Made by a program: the position numbers and the translations under genes
Shown: one piece after another, positions 1-10,183 of the stretch
Layout: each line of letters begins with the position of its first letter
Numbering within the stretch: position 1 is the first letter of the stretch
Origin: Candidatus Bathyarchaeia archaeon
GTDB lineage: Archaea > Thermoproteota > Bathyarchaeia > Bathyarchaeales > Bathycorpusculaceae
Assembly: GCA_049512075.1 (NCBI GenBank)
Contig: JBEKXL010000018.1
Span: forward strand, 1 to 45,554
Length of the DNA stretch: 45,554 nucleotides
Direction: 5' to 3'
The notes under the pieces: generated by a model
Told to the model about the DNA's origin: nothing
The model's input: only the letters and a program-made list of their open reading frames with translations
The model's database searches: none

Positions 1-322
1 AGTAGCCTTCTTCGTTTATTTGCCACCCAGCATACTGTGAGCCTAAAGTTGCGATGACCGGATGGTCTGAGTAGACTTGTATTGACGGAAGGTCTAGGTC
101 TCCATACCCTCGGCAGGTTATTTCAGCATTTCCGCATCCTCCCATGCATATTTCGGTGACAATCTTTCCTGCCTGAAAACCTCCCCGTGCATTCACTCCT
201 GCGTCGATTATGGTGGTTCCCGATTCTGTTTCTTCGACCTTGACTCCGTAGAGATCTGCGTTTTCAACGAGTTCATCCAGCAGTTTCCACGCTAGGCGAT
301 TTACGCTCAAGGGTTTTTTCAT
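1..322 (-). CDS. mch: Methenyltetrahydromethanopterin cyclohydrolase, N-terminal part (runs off window)
   Basis: Manual translation MKKPLSVNRLAWKLLDELVENADLYGVKVEETESGTTIIDAGV...EICMGG...SDHPVIATLGSQYAGW shows typical Mch motifs. GGAGA SD upstream; follows fwdC. Confidence 0.93.
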   Translation of the reverse strand, partial: MKKPLSVNRLAWKLLDELVENADLYGVKVEETESGTTIIDAGVNARGGFQAGKIVTEICMGGCGNAEITCRGYGDLDLPSIQVYSDHPVIATLGSQYAGWQINEEGY

Positions 323-335
323 CAAGGCTTTCTCC

Positions 336-1160
336 TCAGAGGAATTTTTCGTAAGAGTTTAGATGTGGATTCTTCTGTTTGGAGACATAAAGTTTGCCTT
401 TTCCGTTTTCCACAAGGTCTCCGAGAAAAACGTAAAGGGGCCCTTCGGCCACTTCGTTTTCTTCAATCTTGACCTTCGGTCTGATGCCGTCTATGGTGAA
501 TGAGGGGAGAACAGATTCTAGGTGGCCTCCAACTACGATTTTGCCGTTTACCATGCATGCTCCTGCTCTTCCTTCACAGTCTCCTTGAACGTAGATTGTC
601 CCGTCATGCATGCTGAAGCCTACGAATTGACCTGCACTGCCATAGATTTTGATGATGCCCTTCTTCATGTTGGCTCCTGCTTCGGTTCCAACATTTCCAT
701 GGACAATCATTCTTCCTCCGTGCATGCCCTCGGTGCTTCCCCGGTACGGAGCGCCCAGGTAGTCGCCGGCGCTTCCGTGAATCTCTATTGTGCCTGCTTT
801 CATCATCGAACCGGTCCATCCTCCAGTGTTTCCGTGAACGGTGATGTTGCCACCCTTCATCTCTTCGCCCAAATGCATTCCGGCGTCGCCGTTGATTGTT
901 ATCTCTCCGCTCTTCATTCCTAACCCGATTCTTCGAACCTTGCTGACGTCGCCGTAGACGGCTATAGCCGGATTGTCAGGTTGGTTTTCCGTTTTGACTT
1001 CGTCAATCTTGAAGAGTTCACCGAGTTTTTTCTGTTTGTTTCCTTCCCAAACCTGCAAGGTCTCTATTTCATTCAGTGTCTTTCCTTGAAAAACATCGGG
1101 GTTTATGCACTCGGCTAGAACTGGAAACCTGAAATCCTTTAGAGGGCGCAGGCTTATCAT
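336..1160 (-). CDS. fwdC: Formylmethanofuran dehydrogenase subunit C
   Basis: GxxMxxGxIxxxG repeats, GAPYRGSTEGMHGG motif, operon context. Confidence 0.95.
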   Translation of the reverse strand: MISLRPLKDFRFPVLAECINPDVFQGKTLNEIETLQVWEGNKQKKLGELFKIDEVKTENQPDNPAIAVYGDVSKVRRIGLGMKSGEITINGDAGMHLGEEMKGGNITVHGNTGGWTGSMMKAGTIEIHGSAGDYLGAPYRGSTEGMHGGRMIVHGNVGTEAGANMKKGIIKIYGSAGQFVGFSMHDGTIYVQGDCEGRAGACMVNGKIVVGGHLESVLPSFTIDGIRPKVKIEENEVAEGPLYVFLGDLVENGKGKLYVSKQKNPHLNSYEKFL

Positions 1161-2852
1161 TTAGACACGAGCCTTCACGGTTATTGGGTCCAAGCCTTTG
1201 AGGTGATCCTCGTTTACAGGATAGTTTTCATATTCAACTGTCCAGTACTCTTTGAACCTTCTCTTCATGTCGCCCGTTATTTTTGCCGGTTCAGAGACTT
1301 TTACGTCAAGCCACATCGTACGACCGTCAACGTGCTTGAGGATTGCGCCGTCCTTGACAACCAGTTCTCCACCCTTAACAGTGTAGGCTGCCCTTCTGAA
1401 CGCTCTTCTGACGGTTCTGTACTTCCTTGAAATATCGGTAGTTTCCGGATTCACATTGTAAACTGCTATGTCAGCGTCCGCTCCGACGCCCAGGTGTCCC
1501 TTGTTCTTCAGACCCAAGGCTCTGGCCTGCCCGGCCCTGGTCACCGTTGCAATCTCGTAGAGGCTCAGCTCACGATTTATTGACGGTAGAAGGCTTCGGC
1601 TGCGCGCTCGCGCGTTGATTCTCTTCAAGCTTGCCTCTCTCGCTTTTTTGCTGATGAGCCAAGCGATAATCTTTGGATAAGCCGTGAAAGGCCCTCCGTT
1701 AGGATGGTCTGTCGTCATGAAGATTCTCCAGGGGTCTTTGATGAGTAGAGCCAGCTCTAGGCCGATGGACCATTGGACCGCGTGAACGTAGCTCTTGCGA
1801 TGATAGCGGAAAGGCACGATGCCCCCGCTTGTCTCGGTTTCCACATCATGGTTTACCCACTTGTTCCCCGTGAGTCCGTACAGCGCGTATTGGAACGGGC
1901 CGTCAGCAGTCATCGTTGTCGTGTCCGTGAATATTACTTGACCCATGTCCATGGTCGCGTGAGAGTGACCGTTCATGTAGTTTGCAATCTCTTCTGCTCC
2001 TGACTCCAATGTTCTCCAGTCGTCGCCCTTGAATGCGCTGAATTGGCAGTGTGTTAAGTGAATAACTGGCTTGTCTTCAGTTGCCAGGTCCTCGACGCAC
2101 TTCAAAGTTTCTAGGGCGGTCGTGTAGTTTCCCGGCTTTCCGAGGTTGTTTGCATGGACATGAATCGTGTGAGGCAGATTCAGAAGCTTATTCGCCTTGC
2201 ACAGCCCACGGATGATTTCCCGTGGTGTCGTACAGAAGTAGGGAACCTGATCGTCCAGACCCTTCACGTTGTGGCCGAAGCCCCAAGCTTCCAATCCGCC
2301 GGGATTGACGATTTTTATGGCGTATCCTTTCGTTGAACTCATAATCCATGCGATGTGTCTTGCGCATTCCTTGATTTTTCCTTGAGCTAGGTATTCGAGC
2401 ACGAACCACCAGTTGCCAAGAAGCGGGTAAGAGGCCTTGTCAAGCATCGGAGTGTCGTTCAACTCTTCGTGTGTGTGCTTCGCTTCTAGAGGGGGCATTG
2501 AGGGATTCATTATCGTCGTGTATCCCATTCTGGCGTAGCGGTAGCCCGTGGTAAACGTCGAAGGAATGGAACGGCCGACTCCTGCTCTCGTCACCGATGT
2601 TTTGGATTCAAAATCTTTGAAGTGGTCTTCAGGTCTCAGGAGCCTCCCAGTGTTGACTTCCGAGCCGGCGATGTGGGTGTGAATGTCTACGCCGCCAGGC
2701 ATAACCGCCATTCCAGAAGCATTGATCTTTCTTGCCCTTTGCTCATTTACGCTTTCAACGATTTTTCCATCTCTAACGGCGATGTCCATCTTTTCGCCGT
2801 TAACACCGTTGAGGGGGTCGTAGACGAAGCCGTTTTTCACCAGAAGCTCCAT
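1161..2852 (-). CDS. fwdA: Formylmethanofuran dehydrogenase subunit A (amidohydrolase)
   Basis: PGGVDIHTHIAG, KIVNPGG, TTDHPNGGPF, GHLGVGADADIAVY motifs. Confidence 0.96.
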   Translation of the reverse strand: MELLVKNGFVYDPLNGVNGEKMDIAVRDGKIVESVNEQRARKINASGMAVMPGGVDIHTHIAGSEVNTGRLLRPEDHFKDFESKTSVTRAGVGRSIPSTFTTGYRYARMGYTTIMNPSMPPLEAKHTHEELNDTPMLDKASYPLLGNWWFVLEYLAQGKIKECARHIAWIMSSTKGYAIKIVNPGGLEAWGFGHNVKGLDDQVPYFCTTPREIIRGLCKANKLLNLPHTIHVHANNLGKPGNYTTALETLKCVEDLATEDKPVIHLTHCQFSAFKGDDWRTLESGAEEIANYMNGHSHATMDMGQVIFTDTTTMTADGPFQYALYGLTGNKWVNHDVETETSGGIVPFRYHRKSYVHAVQWSIGLELALLIKDPWRIFMTTDHPNGGPFTAYPKIIAWLISKKAREASLKRINARARSRSLLPSINRELSLYEIATVTRAGQARALGLKNKGHLGVGADADIAVYNVNPETTDISRKYRTVRRAFRRAAYTVKGGELVVKDGAILKHVDGRTMWLDVKVSEPAKITGDMKRRFKEYWTVEYENYPVNEDHLKGLDPITVKARV

Positions 2853-4316
2853 TCACTTCACCTCTGCTCGGGCTTTCTTTCTCTTTTTCACTTTCCTGAC
2901 CTCCAACAGCAGTCTTCTCAGGATTTCCTCGTCCGGCAGCACTCCTCTGGGAGGTTCCACGACTTTTTTGAGCGGAAGAGGCACGTGATCCATGCGGTAG
3001 GCTGTTCCACTCGTTTCTATTCCAACGAAAGCCGAGGGAAAAACGATGTCAGCCATCTGGCTTGTTGCGTTCATGTGTGGATCTATGGCTATCAGCGGGT
3101 TGTTCACCAGGTGTTCAGCTGCTTTTCTTGGAAAGTTTGAAACCGGGTCTGAACCGATTACCAATGCTGCGTCTGACTCTTTCCGCAGGAGAACATCGAT
3201 GGCGGAGGTTTCTCCTGGATTGTACCTCGGATAACCCGAAGAAAAGTCAACGGCGTACGGATAGCCCGTCTGCCACAAGAAAACGGTGTCTGCGCCTGAG
3301 ACGTTGAAGTGCCCGCGCATTGGCATTATGACGAACTTGGTTCGAGCATTCAGGTCGCGAGCCAAGTGGAGGGCGGCGTCAACATTCCGCGACTTCCCCT
3401 TGCTCATCGTTAGCCCAAGGCCGAAAAAGATTACTCCGAAATTGCAGCCGATCATCGCGTCAGAGACATCTTCCAAGTATTCAACTGGCACGCCCGCGAC
3501 CTTGTCGGTCTCTATTTCTTGATCCCGAATCAGAGCTCTGAAGGCTTGCAGAAGCTCATAATCCTTGTTGGGTTCAACCTGAATGAAGTAGTCCGCGATT
3601 TCTGCCGTTCTAGTCTTTCTAACATCTATCACTATGAGTTTTCTGCCAGCTTTCAGAATTGCAGGACAAGGTCCGCGTTCAACTGGGGTTGATGGGATGG
3701 AAAATTTCTTCTTTGGCGAAACTTGTCTCAGAGCGCTTTCAACTTTTTTCCTTGCGGTTGCAGCCTTGGTTTTTGTAACGTAGGATCTCCATTCGCTTCT
3801 CTCAAACTTTCCTTCAGACAGCGTCGTGTACCTCTCTATGTGTCGGGGATGAGCACTCCACGGGTTGCTTCCCCAGTAGATAACGAGATCCGCCCTGTGC
3901 CTTATCTGCCCCAACGTGCACGACGAGATACCAACGTCCTGAATGCCCAAGACCGAAGGGCCGTGGCACACGGTTGAAGTGTTGTCAATGACTCCTCCAA
4001 CTTCCTCGGCCAGTTCGATTCCCACGCGTGTGGCTTCGCAACTCGTGGAACTCCAACCGTAAAGGAGCGGATAGTCTGCTTCAGCAAGAACTTCGGCAGC
4101 CTTGACGAGGGCTTCCTTGAAAGGCACTTCAACGAGTGTTCCGTTCTTTCGGATGAGTGGTTTCAAGAGCCTGTGTCCACTGTAACCCAAGAATTTAGAT
4201 TCGCACATCGAACAGCCGTTCTTGACCTTAACAATCCTTCTGTTTTTGATTCTTAGCTCTATGTCATCGCAGAGACTCCCACAGACCGGACAAGTTACAG
4301 CCCTTGCAATCGGCAC
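2853..4316 (-). CDS. fwdB: Formylmethanofuran dehydrogenase subunit B (Mo/W-bis-PGD, Cys ligand)
   Basis: CPVCGSLCDD Fe-S motif, VCHGPS metal ligand, MRGHFNV, WQTGYPYAVDF. Start moved to the GTG at 4316, just after the fwdD stop. Confidence 0.95.
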   Translation of the reverse strand: MPIARAVTCPVCGSLCDDIELRIKNRRIVKVKNGCSMCESKFLGYSGHRLLKPLIRKNGTLVEVPFKEALVKAAEVLAEADYPLLYGWSSTSCEATRVGIELAEEVGGVIDNTSTVCHGPSVLGIQDVGISSCTLGQIRHRADLVIYWGSNPWSAHPRHIERYTTLSEGKFERSEWRSYVTKTKAATARKKVESALRQVSPKKKFSIPSTPVERGPCPAILKAGRKLIVIDVRKTRTAEIADYFIQVEPNKDYELLQAFRALIRDQEIETDKVAGVPVEYLEDVSDAMIGCNFGVIFFGLGLTMSKGKSRNVDAALHLARDLNARTKFVIMPMRGHFNVSGADTVFLWQTGYPYAVDFSSGYPRYNPGETSAIDVLLRKESDAALVIGSDPVSNFPRKAAEHLVNNPLIAIDPHMNATSQMADIVFPSAFVGIETSGTAYRMDHVPLPLKKVVEPPRGVLPDEEILRRLLLEVRKVKKRKKARAEVK

Positions 4317-4317
4317 A

Positions 4318-4725
4318 TTATCCCTTCCCAAACTGCTCCCTGAGAAACTCACTCAGGCCAAGAACAACCTTATCAGGTGCGGGTTGGATTTCCGCCGGAA
4401 TCCCCTTAAGAGAAGGCATCCCGATGCTGTCCGTCTCCGTGCTAACAACTGCGTTTGCCCACACACCGTAAGGAATGAAAACAACGCCCACGTGCGGTCC
4501 CCTTGGAGATTTCAAGGCCTTAAGAATCACAGAGCCATAATCTGTTGAAACGCGAACATTGGTTCCTTCTTTTATCGCAAGCCTCTTCAGATCCTCAGAA
4601 TCAAAATAACAAACCGCAACACTCGCAAAATAGTTTTCCGAAGCTTTTCCACATTCTTTACCCACACCCTGCTCTATCGTCCGCCCCGTGAGCAAGGTAA
4701 CCTTCAGCTTCGAACTCGCATCCAT
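4318..4725 (-). CDS. fwdD: Formylmethanofuran dehydrogenase subunit D
   Basis: LLTGRTIEQG, FIPYGVWAN, GMPSLKGIPA molybdopterin-dinucleotide-binding motifs. Confidence 0.93.
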   Translation of the reverse strand: MDASSKLKVTLLTGRTIEQGVGKECGKASENYFASVAVCYFDSEDLKRLAIKEGTNVRVSTDYGSVILKALKSPRGPHVGVVFIPYGVWANAVVSTETDSIGMPSLKGIPAEIQPAPDKVVLGLSEFLREQFGKG

Positions 4726-4991
4726 CCCTCGACCACAGCTTAACCATCTATTCTAAAGTTTGGAAACTCCTTTAAAGTTGATTCTGATTGCTCAATCCAA
4801 CTGGTTGCCAACTTTGAGTGGAGATTTTAATGCTATACGTTCCAAGAAATTAAACTTGCCGTAGGATGATGAGAGAAACAATCATTGAAGTTGAAACGTT
4901 GCAAGCAGTTGTTTCGGAAGTCTTATTAGTGCTAGGTAAAAGGATACACCCCAACCTGAGCGCGTGCGCTTGAGTAAGGCGGAATTGGTGG

Positions 4992-6020
4992 ATGAAGGCT
5001 CGAGAAGGCGATCTGATAGAGACTGGTGCTAACCTGATTTTCGACGTTAAAGGCCTAATTCACCCTGCTGATCGCGTAGTAGCATTCATTCGCTATTTTC
5101 CTGATGAGAAAGGTGAGAGAACGAGGGAGGGAAGGTCTTTTGGCAAGGTCTATTCTCTTCCGAAAAGATACGCATTGTTGAAGGAGAGGTTTCCAGAGTA
5201 CCTTGCCTATGACCCTGTTTTTGACGAAACTTTATGCGAAGTCCCAGTTGATAGTGTGAAAAAACATTTCAAACCTGTTGAAAAGCTTCAGGAACTGCGC
5301 ATGTCCAAATGTCTAGATACGCTTCAGGACAAGGCCATTCAGCTTGCGGAACTGTTGAAAGAAAGTGCAAACGTCCAGTGGAATGCAGTGGGGATTTCGG
5401 GCTCCATCTTGGTTGGGCTTCACACTTCAGGGTCGGATATTGATCCTATCGTTTATGGTTCGGAAAACTGCAAGAGAGTTTATTCTGCACTGAGGAGTAT
5501 GTTCGAGAACGAACACGAATACGTGAAGCCTTACACACGGCGGGAGATGAGAGTGCTGTTCGACTTCCGTTCGAAGGACACTGCAATAGGGTTCGAAGAC
5601 TTCCTACGAGCTGAATCGAGGAAGGTTATGGAAGGCAAATTCAATGGAACCGACTATTTTGTCCGCTTCGTGAAAGACTGGAATGAAATTGACGAGAACT
5701 ACGGCGACGTTCAATACAAGAATGTCGGCAACGCGAAAGTTGAAGCCACAGTCGTCAACGATTCAGAATCAACGTTTACCCCATGCACCTACAAAGTCGA
5801 AAACGTCAAACCACTCGAAGGCTCAACCGAACGCATCGAGGAAATCACGTCTTTTCGAGGCAGATTCTGTGAACAAGCCAGAAAAGGCGAGACCGTCATC
5901 GCACAGGGAAAAATCGAACGTGTCACAGACCGGAGGCAAAACAAAGAGCATTTTAGGCTACTAGTCGGAGGCAGGCATTCAGACTATATCGTTCTAGAGC
6001 ACCGAGTCCTTTCGAGCTAG
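4992..6020 (+). CDS. Predicted Pol-beta-superfamily nucleotidyltransferase (COG1665-like), paralogue 1
   Basis: GISGS...SDID motif; N-terminal REGDLIET..FDVKGLIHP; C-terminal OB-like RGRFCEQARKGETVIAQGKIERV. Confidence 0.85.
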   Translation: MKAREGDLIETGANLIFDVKGLIHPADRVVAFIRYFPDEKGERTREGRSFGKVYSLPKRYALLKERFPEYLAYDPVFDETLCEVPVDSVKKHFKPVEKLQELRMSKCLDTLQDKAIQLAELLKESANVQWNAVGISGSILVGLHTSGSDIDPIVYGSENCKRVYSALRSMFENEHEYVKPYTRREMRVLFDFRSKDTAIGFEDFLRAESRKVMEGKFNGTDYFVRFVKDWNEIDENYGDVQYKNVGNAKVEATVVNDSESTFTPCTYKVENVKPLEGSTERIEEITSFRGRFCEQARKGETVIAQGKIERVTDRRQNKEHFRLLVGGRHSDYIVLEHRVLSS

Positions 6021-6076
6021 TGAACCCTATCTTCAACTGCAATCTCGAAGTCTGCACCACATCTGGGAATATCATT

Positions 6077-6414
6077 TAGCGCGCGCCAAGAGTTTACAGA
6101 ACCCGCGTGCATGTGTGTTCTAAATTGGCCAAAAATGGTTTTTATTCTGTTCTTGAGTCTTGGGAACACTGCTGAACTTCGGCCGGCTCCGTGTTCTCTC
6201 TACGGGAACTAGACCTGTCTGGAATTTGCTAGCCAGAATTAAAACCATTAGCGCGCGCAATGCGGATTTGACAAAACTAAAGAGTTACGAGAAGTATGCG
6301 TTTTTCCGTTTTGTAATCCTCACGCACTGTTTGCCGTTCCTAGTTACTCATGTTTGAGTAGCTGTATCACATTTCGATGGAGAAAGTGATGTTACGCTTC
6401 TTTCTAGCGCGCGC
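6077..6414. repeat. Three copies of TAGCGCGCGC (6077, 6249, 6405)
   Basis: Exact 10-mers read in the intergenic region. Confidence 0.7.
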
Positions 6415-6657
6415 TTGAGAATCTGATCTTGCATCGTAGTCCTATGAATGCAATGCTATTCCTAATTTCATAAAGACTTAAGAATCAAAGTTCTAGCAGA
6501 TTGTTCTAGGATGCATGCCGCTAATTCGTCTTTTCTCTGAGCAATGTGCTGGGTCTTAATAAGTTGATGGATTGGTTGATTAGTGTGTGGCGCCTCCCCG
6601 AAACTGTGTGTCAAAACACTTGCAGGGAGTAGAGGAGAGTTTGATTTGACAGAGGCA

Positions 6658-7581
6658 TTAACTAGAAGAGTGTTCGCTGGAGTTATGAATGATGTTCGGA
6701 ATTCCCGGTCTTCCCCCACCTCCCAAGCCCCCTAACGGACATTGGGGCGGGTCAGGCGGCTGGGAAGAAGCAAATTCTATCGCGAGAGTTCCATCGCCAT
6801 ATATCACCATCTCTCCGCTGGAGCCATCGGGAAAAGTGAAGCCCAGACGGTAAGGACATGAGGCAAAAGTGCATTGCCAAACTCGCAGTGCGGCATAGTC
6901 AAGAGCTTGATCCAACGTTTTACCAATTGTAAATGCACACTGGTAGAAGTATGCTGCGAAATAGTAGCCTTGACCGTAATCGTAATCGAGCGCTGGACCT
7001 GCACCGATGAAGCCTATGAAAGCAAATCCCGTTGGAGTTGCATTCGTGTAGCCGTCTAAACTCAGCTGGCTGGCATTTCTACGGGTCCATGCGTAGGGCA
7101 TTCCAACTGGGACTCCATTATACGTTTGACCGATCACGTCTCCCTGATCGCATGACCATAGGAAGGCAAAATGGCTTCTTCCAAACATATTATACGCGTA
7201 TATGTCTTTGTCCCAAACTTGTCCGCCGCTATCATTCACGATGCAATATTGCGTTTGTCCATTCAAAGTGTCGTAGCCGCCATGTCCCTCGTAGAACGTT
7301 ATCGCGTACGTAGCATCATGGCCAAAGGCTGCTTGATAGATGCTGTTTGAGTCCGTTGACCCGTACGCGTCATAAGTCGCGTAACCGCTTGCGATGGAGC
7401 AGCTGTTTATGTAGGAGCACAGCGCTGCCTTAACATTGTTTTGCTCCCACGTCTAACCATATGTTGAACTCAATACTGAAGATGCACTTGAACCGTGTGC
7501 GCTCGGCGCGATGAAAGTCATGAACAGCACTGCCAGCACCATCATAGGCATGACGACGCAAACTTGAACCCGTAACATCAT
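6658..7581 (-). pseudogene. Secreted clan CD (caspase/gingipain-like) peptidase-like protein interrupted by one in-frame TAG (pseudogene or readthrough)
   Basis: ATG at 7581 overlaps the upstream stop, then signal peptide MMLRVQVCVVMPMMVLAVLFMTFIAPSAHG and TAG at 7453-7455 (codon 43). The same frame continues through FYEGHG and FAFLWSC to 6658. Confidence 0.7.
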
Positions 7582-8750
7582 TCTAAACCCTCCCGCCTTC
7601 GCCTGCCGTTTTTACGGTAGACCACAAAAGACATAGCGATGAACGATGCTGCGGCGGCAGCACCCAAAAGCACCGGCAGGTAGTCGATACTGCTAGTCTG
7701 CGTCGGCGAGGAACTGGGGGAAGAGCTTGAAGAGCTTGAGGAACCTTCCTTGGCGGCTGCGTCGGCGGCGGCTACTTGCCCGTTGTCTGCCCACACTCGG
7801 ACTTGAAACCCGAAAACGCCGTAGTCCTGTTTACCGGCGGGCAACTTGGTGAAAAGTATGTCTACGTCCCAGGCAGGATATAGGCTGTAAGGGTCACGGG
7901 TTCCATTTCCGTACGCGTCGAACATGGGTCCACCCGGAACGTATGAAAGTGTTGCGTTCGCAGATTCCACCGTGCGCCCGTACGTCTTAGAATAATTCAA
8001 CGCGTATGGCATGGCGATGTTTATGGCTTGCTCCTTGGAAACGTTGACGTTTTTGACGTTGAGTGAACTCAAGTTCAATTCGCCGATGCTGTCACCAAAC
8101 TCTTCCAAGTGCCCGTCCGGGTTGAATTTCATCCAAAGTGAATATGTACTATTTGTTGCGGCGCTGTAATCGAATTCAGAGGATTTGTATGTGGGGCAAG
8201 CGAATTGGGAGAGTGTGATTGTGGAGTTGCCTGCGTTCAAGGTTAAACTGCCCTTGGACAAAGCTTGGTCGGTGAGGGTTGTGAGCAGAGTGCAGTAGGA
8301 GCGGTTCACGCAGGATTCATAAGAGCTGAGTATGTCTCTCGTGAGTCTCAGTGTGTCGTTGGACTGCACGGTCATGTTGGTGCCTGAAACCTGAGTCGGC
8401 GAGCCGTCTGCTCCGATTACTGTGTGTGGGCTGGGTGCACAGAACCAACTGATGACTCCATTCGAGACGGATACGTCCATCAATTCGGTATAGTTTCCTC
8501 GGCTTAATTGAAATCCGATATCCCAGCTTGGATAGTAGGCGTAGGCAGTCCATTGGATGGACGTGACGTTTACGTTGTAGTTGCTGAAATTCGCCACTGC
8601 TACGTGTTGAAGGAAGTTAAAGGCCACCGCTTCGGCTTCTGAACTCGATTCGTCAGCGCGGGTCAATCCTGCCCAAGGTAAGAGAAACGCAAACAGCGCC
8701 AAGAGCAGAATTGCCAAAATGACACGCTCCTGTGAATTCAACTGTCGCAT
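7578..8750 (-). CDS. Secreted, C-terminally membrane-anchored protein with PepSY-like domain
   Basis: Signal peptide; VSKEQAINIA...LYPAWDV...VRVWADNGQV PepSY-like pattern; Ser-rich linker, TM helix, basic tail. Confidence 0.75.
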   Translation of the reverse strand: MRQLNSQERVILAILLLALFAFLLPWAGLTRADESSSEAEAVAFNFLQHVAVANFSNYNVNVTSIQWTAYAYYPSWDIGFQLSRGNYTELMDVSVSNGVISWFCAPSPHTVIGADGSPTQVSGTNMTVQSNDTLRLTRDILSSYESCVNRSYCTLLTTLTDQALSKGSLTLNAGNSTITLSQFACPTYKSSEFDYSAATNSTYSLWMKFNPDGHLEEFGDSIGELNLSSLNVKNVNVSKEQAINIAMPYALNYSKTYGRTVESANATLSYVPGGPMFDAYGNGTRDPYSLYPAWDVDILFTKLPAGKQDYGVFGFQVRVWADNGQVAAADAAAKEGSSSSSSSSPSSSPTQTSSIDYLPVLLGAAAAASFIAMSFVVYRKNGRRRREGLE

Positions 8751-9109
8751 CGCCTATTAGGAATACTGTTTCAACGCTTAAAACTCTTGCGGCTAGACAT
8801 TAGTTATGATATAAAAACAAGTCATTTAGGTTAAATATGAGTTTCAATTATGCCTTCCATGACAAAACGCTGGCTTGCTTTCACGCTGACATCGCTAAAC
8901 TTAACCAACACCGTCGAGCAGGATTCTGCCTCGTCTGTCACCATAACGGCGTCGCAGGGATAATCTCCCTCTTTCTTGGTCAATGAGGATGCCTAAATAC
9001 GCGGTTGACGTATCGTCATTGGTATATTCCGAAACTAATTCGGAACATATTTGGATCGTAGAGTAGACCTGAGGTAGGGCGCGTGAGAGCAAGCAAGCAG
9101 AGAGGTCTT

Positions 9110-10183
9110 TCAGATCCCTGCTTTCTTCAGAACCTGTTCATAATATCTTGGACAATAGGTCAAAGCTATTTGGAGGAAGTCGTCCTTTTCACCAGTGACC
9201 TCTTCTAGGTTTCCTTCAACGCAGATGGTTTCGTCTCTGAAGGCTTGCATTCGGAACTCTTCCATGTAAGAGATAATTCGCTTGACCCCTTGAGCCTGCC
9301 TTTCGCCCTCGAGGATTTTCAACGGTTCGATGTGATAAACCGACGGTATAAACGGAGCGTCACTGTCATCTCTTATTCGAGCTAACATCTTGACCCAGCC
9401 TCGCTGCAGGATCCTCTTCGCAGAGTTGTACTCGCTGCATATCTCTTTCCAATCTTTCACTGGTTCAAACTCGGTCTTTATTGTCCTTCCGCTTTCCTTG
9501 CTGTCGAACAGTGAATAGACCAGTTTCCTTCGCTGATGCCATAGGAATTCTTTTGGAGTGAAGTTTCGAAATCTCCACACTTTACCGCTTATGGACTCGT
9601 CGGTTTCAAATTCGTTCCGTAGGATAGAAGACTTGGCCTCGTACAATTCCTGCAGTGCTTTGCGCAACCCCGCAACGTTTTCTTTACCATAAACGATAAG
9701 ATCGATGTCCGAGAATCTGGGGTGATAGAAACCGTGGAGCATGGACCCGAACACGCCGAAGCTCTCAATTGGCAAACCGGATTGATCTGCTGCAATGTCC
9801 AAGACGTTCCGCGTTGCCGTAAGAAGGCTGTCCTTGGGTTCGGTTTGAATCAGTTTTCTGAGTTCTTTTTCGGGCTTTCGAACTTTGCTGATGTCACGAT
9901 GATTGACGCCGATGACTTTCTTCTGGAGCATTGTGTGTGGAATCATGTACTGGGGATAACTCTTTTCCACGAACTTCCAGCCTTCATCTTCATAGAACTT
10001 GTAGAAAACATGTTGCGCTTGGTTTCTGAATGCCCTGGGATTATCGGATTTGAATATTGTTGCAGGCGCATATTCAGCGTCACATACGTAGGCGTCTGGC
10101 GGGTGTGAGTATCCAAACACTCTGAATATTAGGCCTTCTTCAGTGACGATGGCGTCGCGGTCTCTCAGTTTCGGAGTGGCCAA
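9110..10183 (-). CDS. Predicted nucleotidyltransferase (COG1665-like), paralogue 2
   Basis: GVFGS...SDID motif; [22 protein letters not shown]; same architecture as paralogue 1. Confidence 0.85.
   Translation of the reverse strand: MATPKLRDRDAIVTEEGLIFRVFGYSHPPDAYVCDAEYAPATIFKSDNPRAFRNQAQHVFYKFYEDEGWKFVEKSYPQYMIPHTMLQKKVIGVNHRDISKVRKPEKELRKLIQTEPKDSLLTATRNVLDIAADQSGLPIESFGVFGSMLHGFYHPRFSDIDLIVYGKENVAGLRKALQELYEAKSSILRNEFETDESISGKVWRFRNFTPKEFLWHQRRKLVYSLFDSKESGRTIKTEFEPVKDWKEICSEYNSAKRILQRGWVKMLARIRDDSDAPFIPSVYHIEPLKILEGERQAQGVKRIISYMEEFRMQAFRDETICVEGNLEEVTGEKDDFLQIALTYCPRYYEQVLKKAGI

Noticed and set aside
4864-4920. C/D box sRNA candidate (ATGATGA)
   Set aside because: No properly spaced CTGA D box or C' box.
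7440-7470. BHB intron removing the in-frame TAG
   Set aside because: No convincing 4-bp central helix with flanking bulges and an intron stem.
8901-9092. 63-aa ORF (likewise 6160-6357, 6468-6719, 16546-16815)
   Set aside because: No motifs, SD or protein-like composition to support them.
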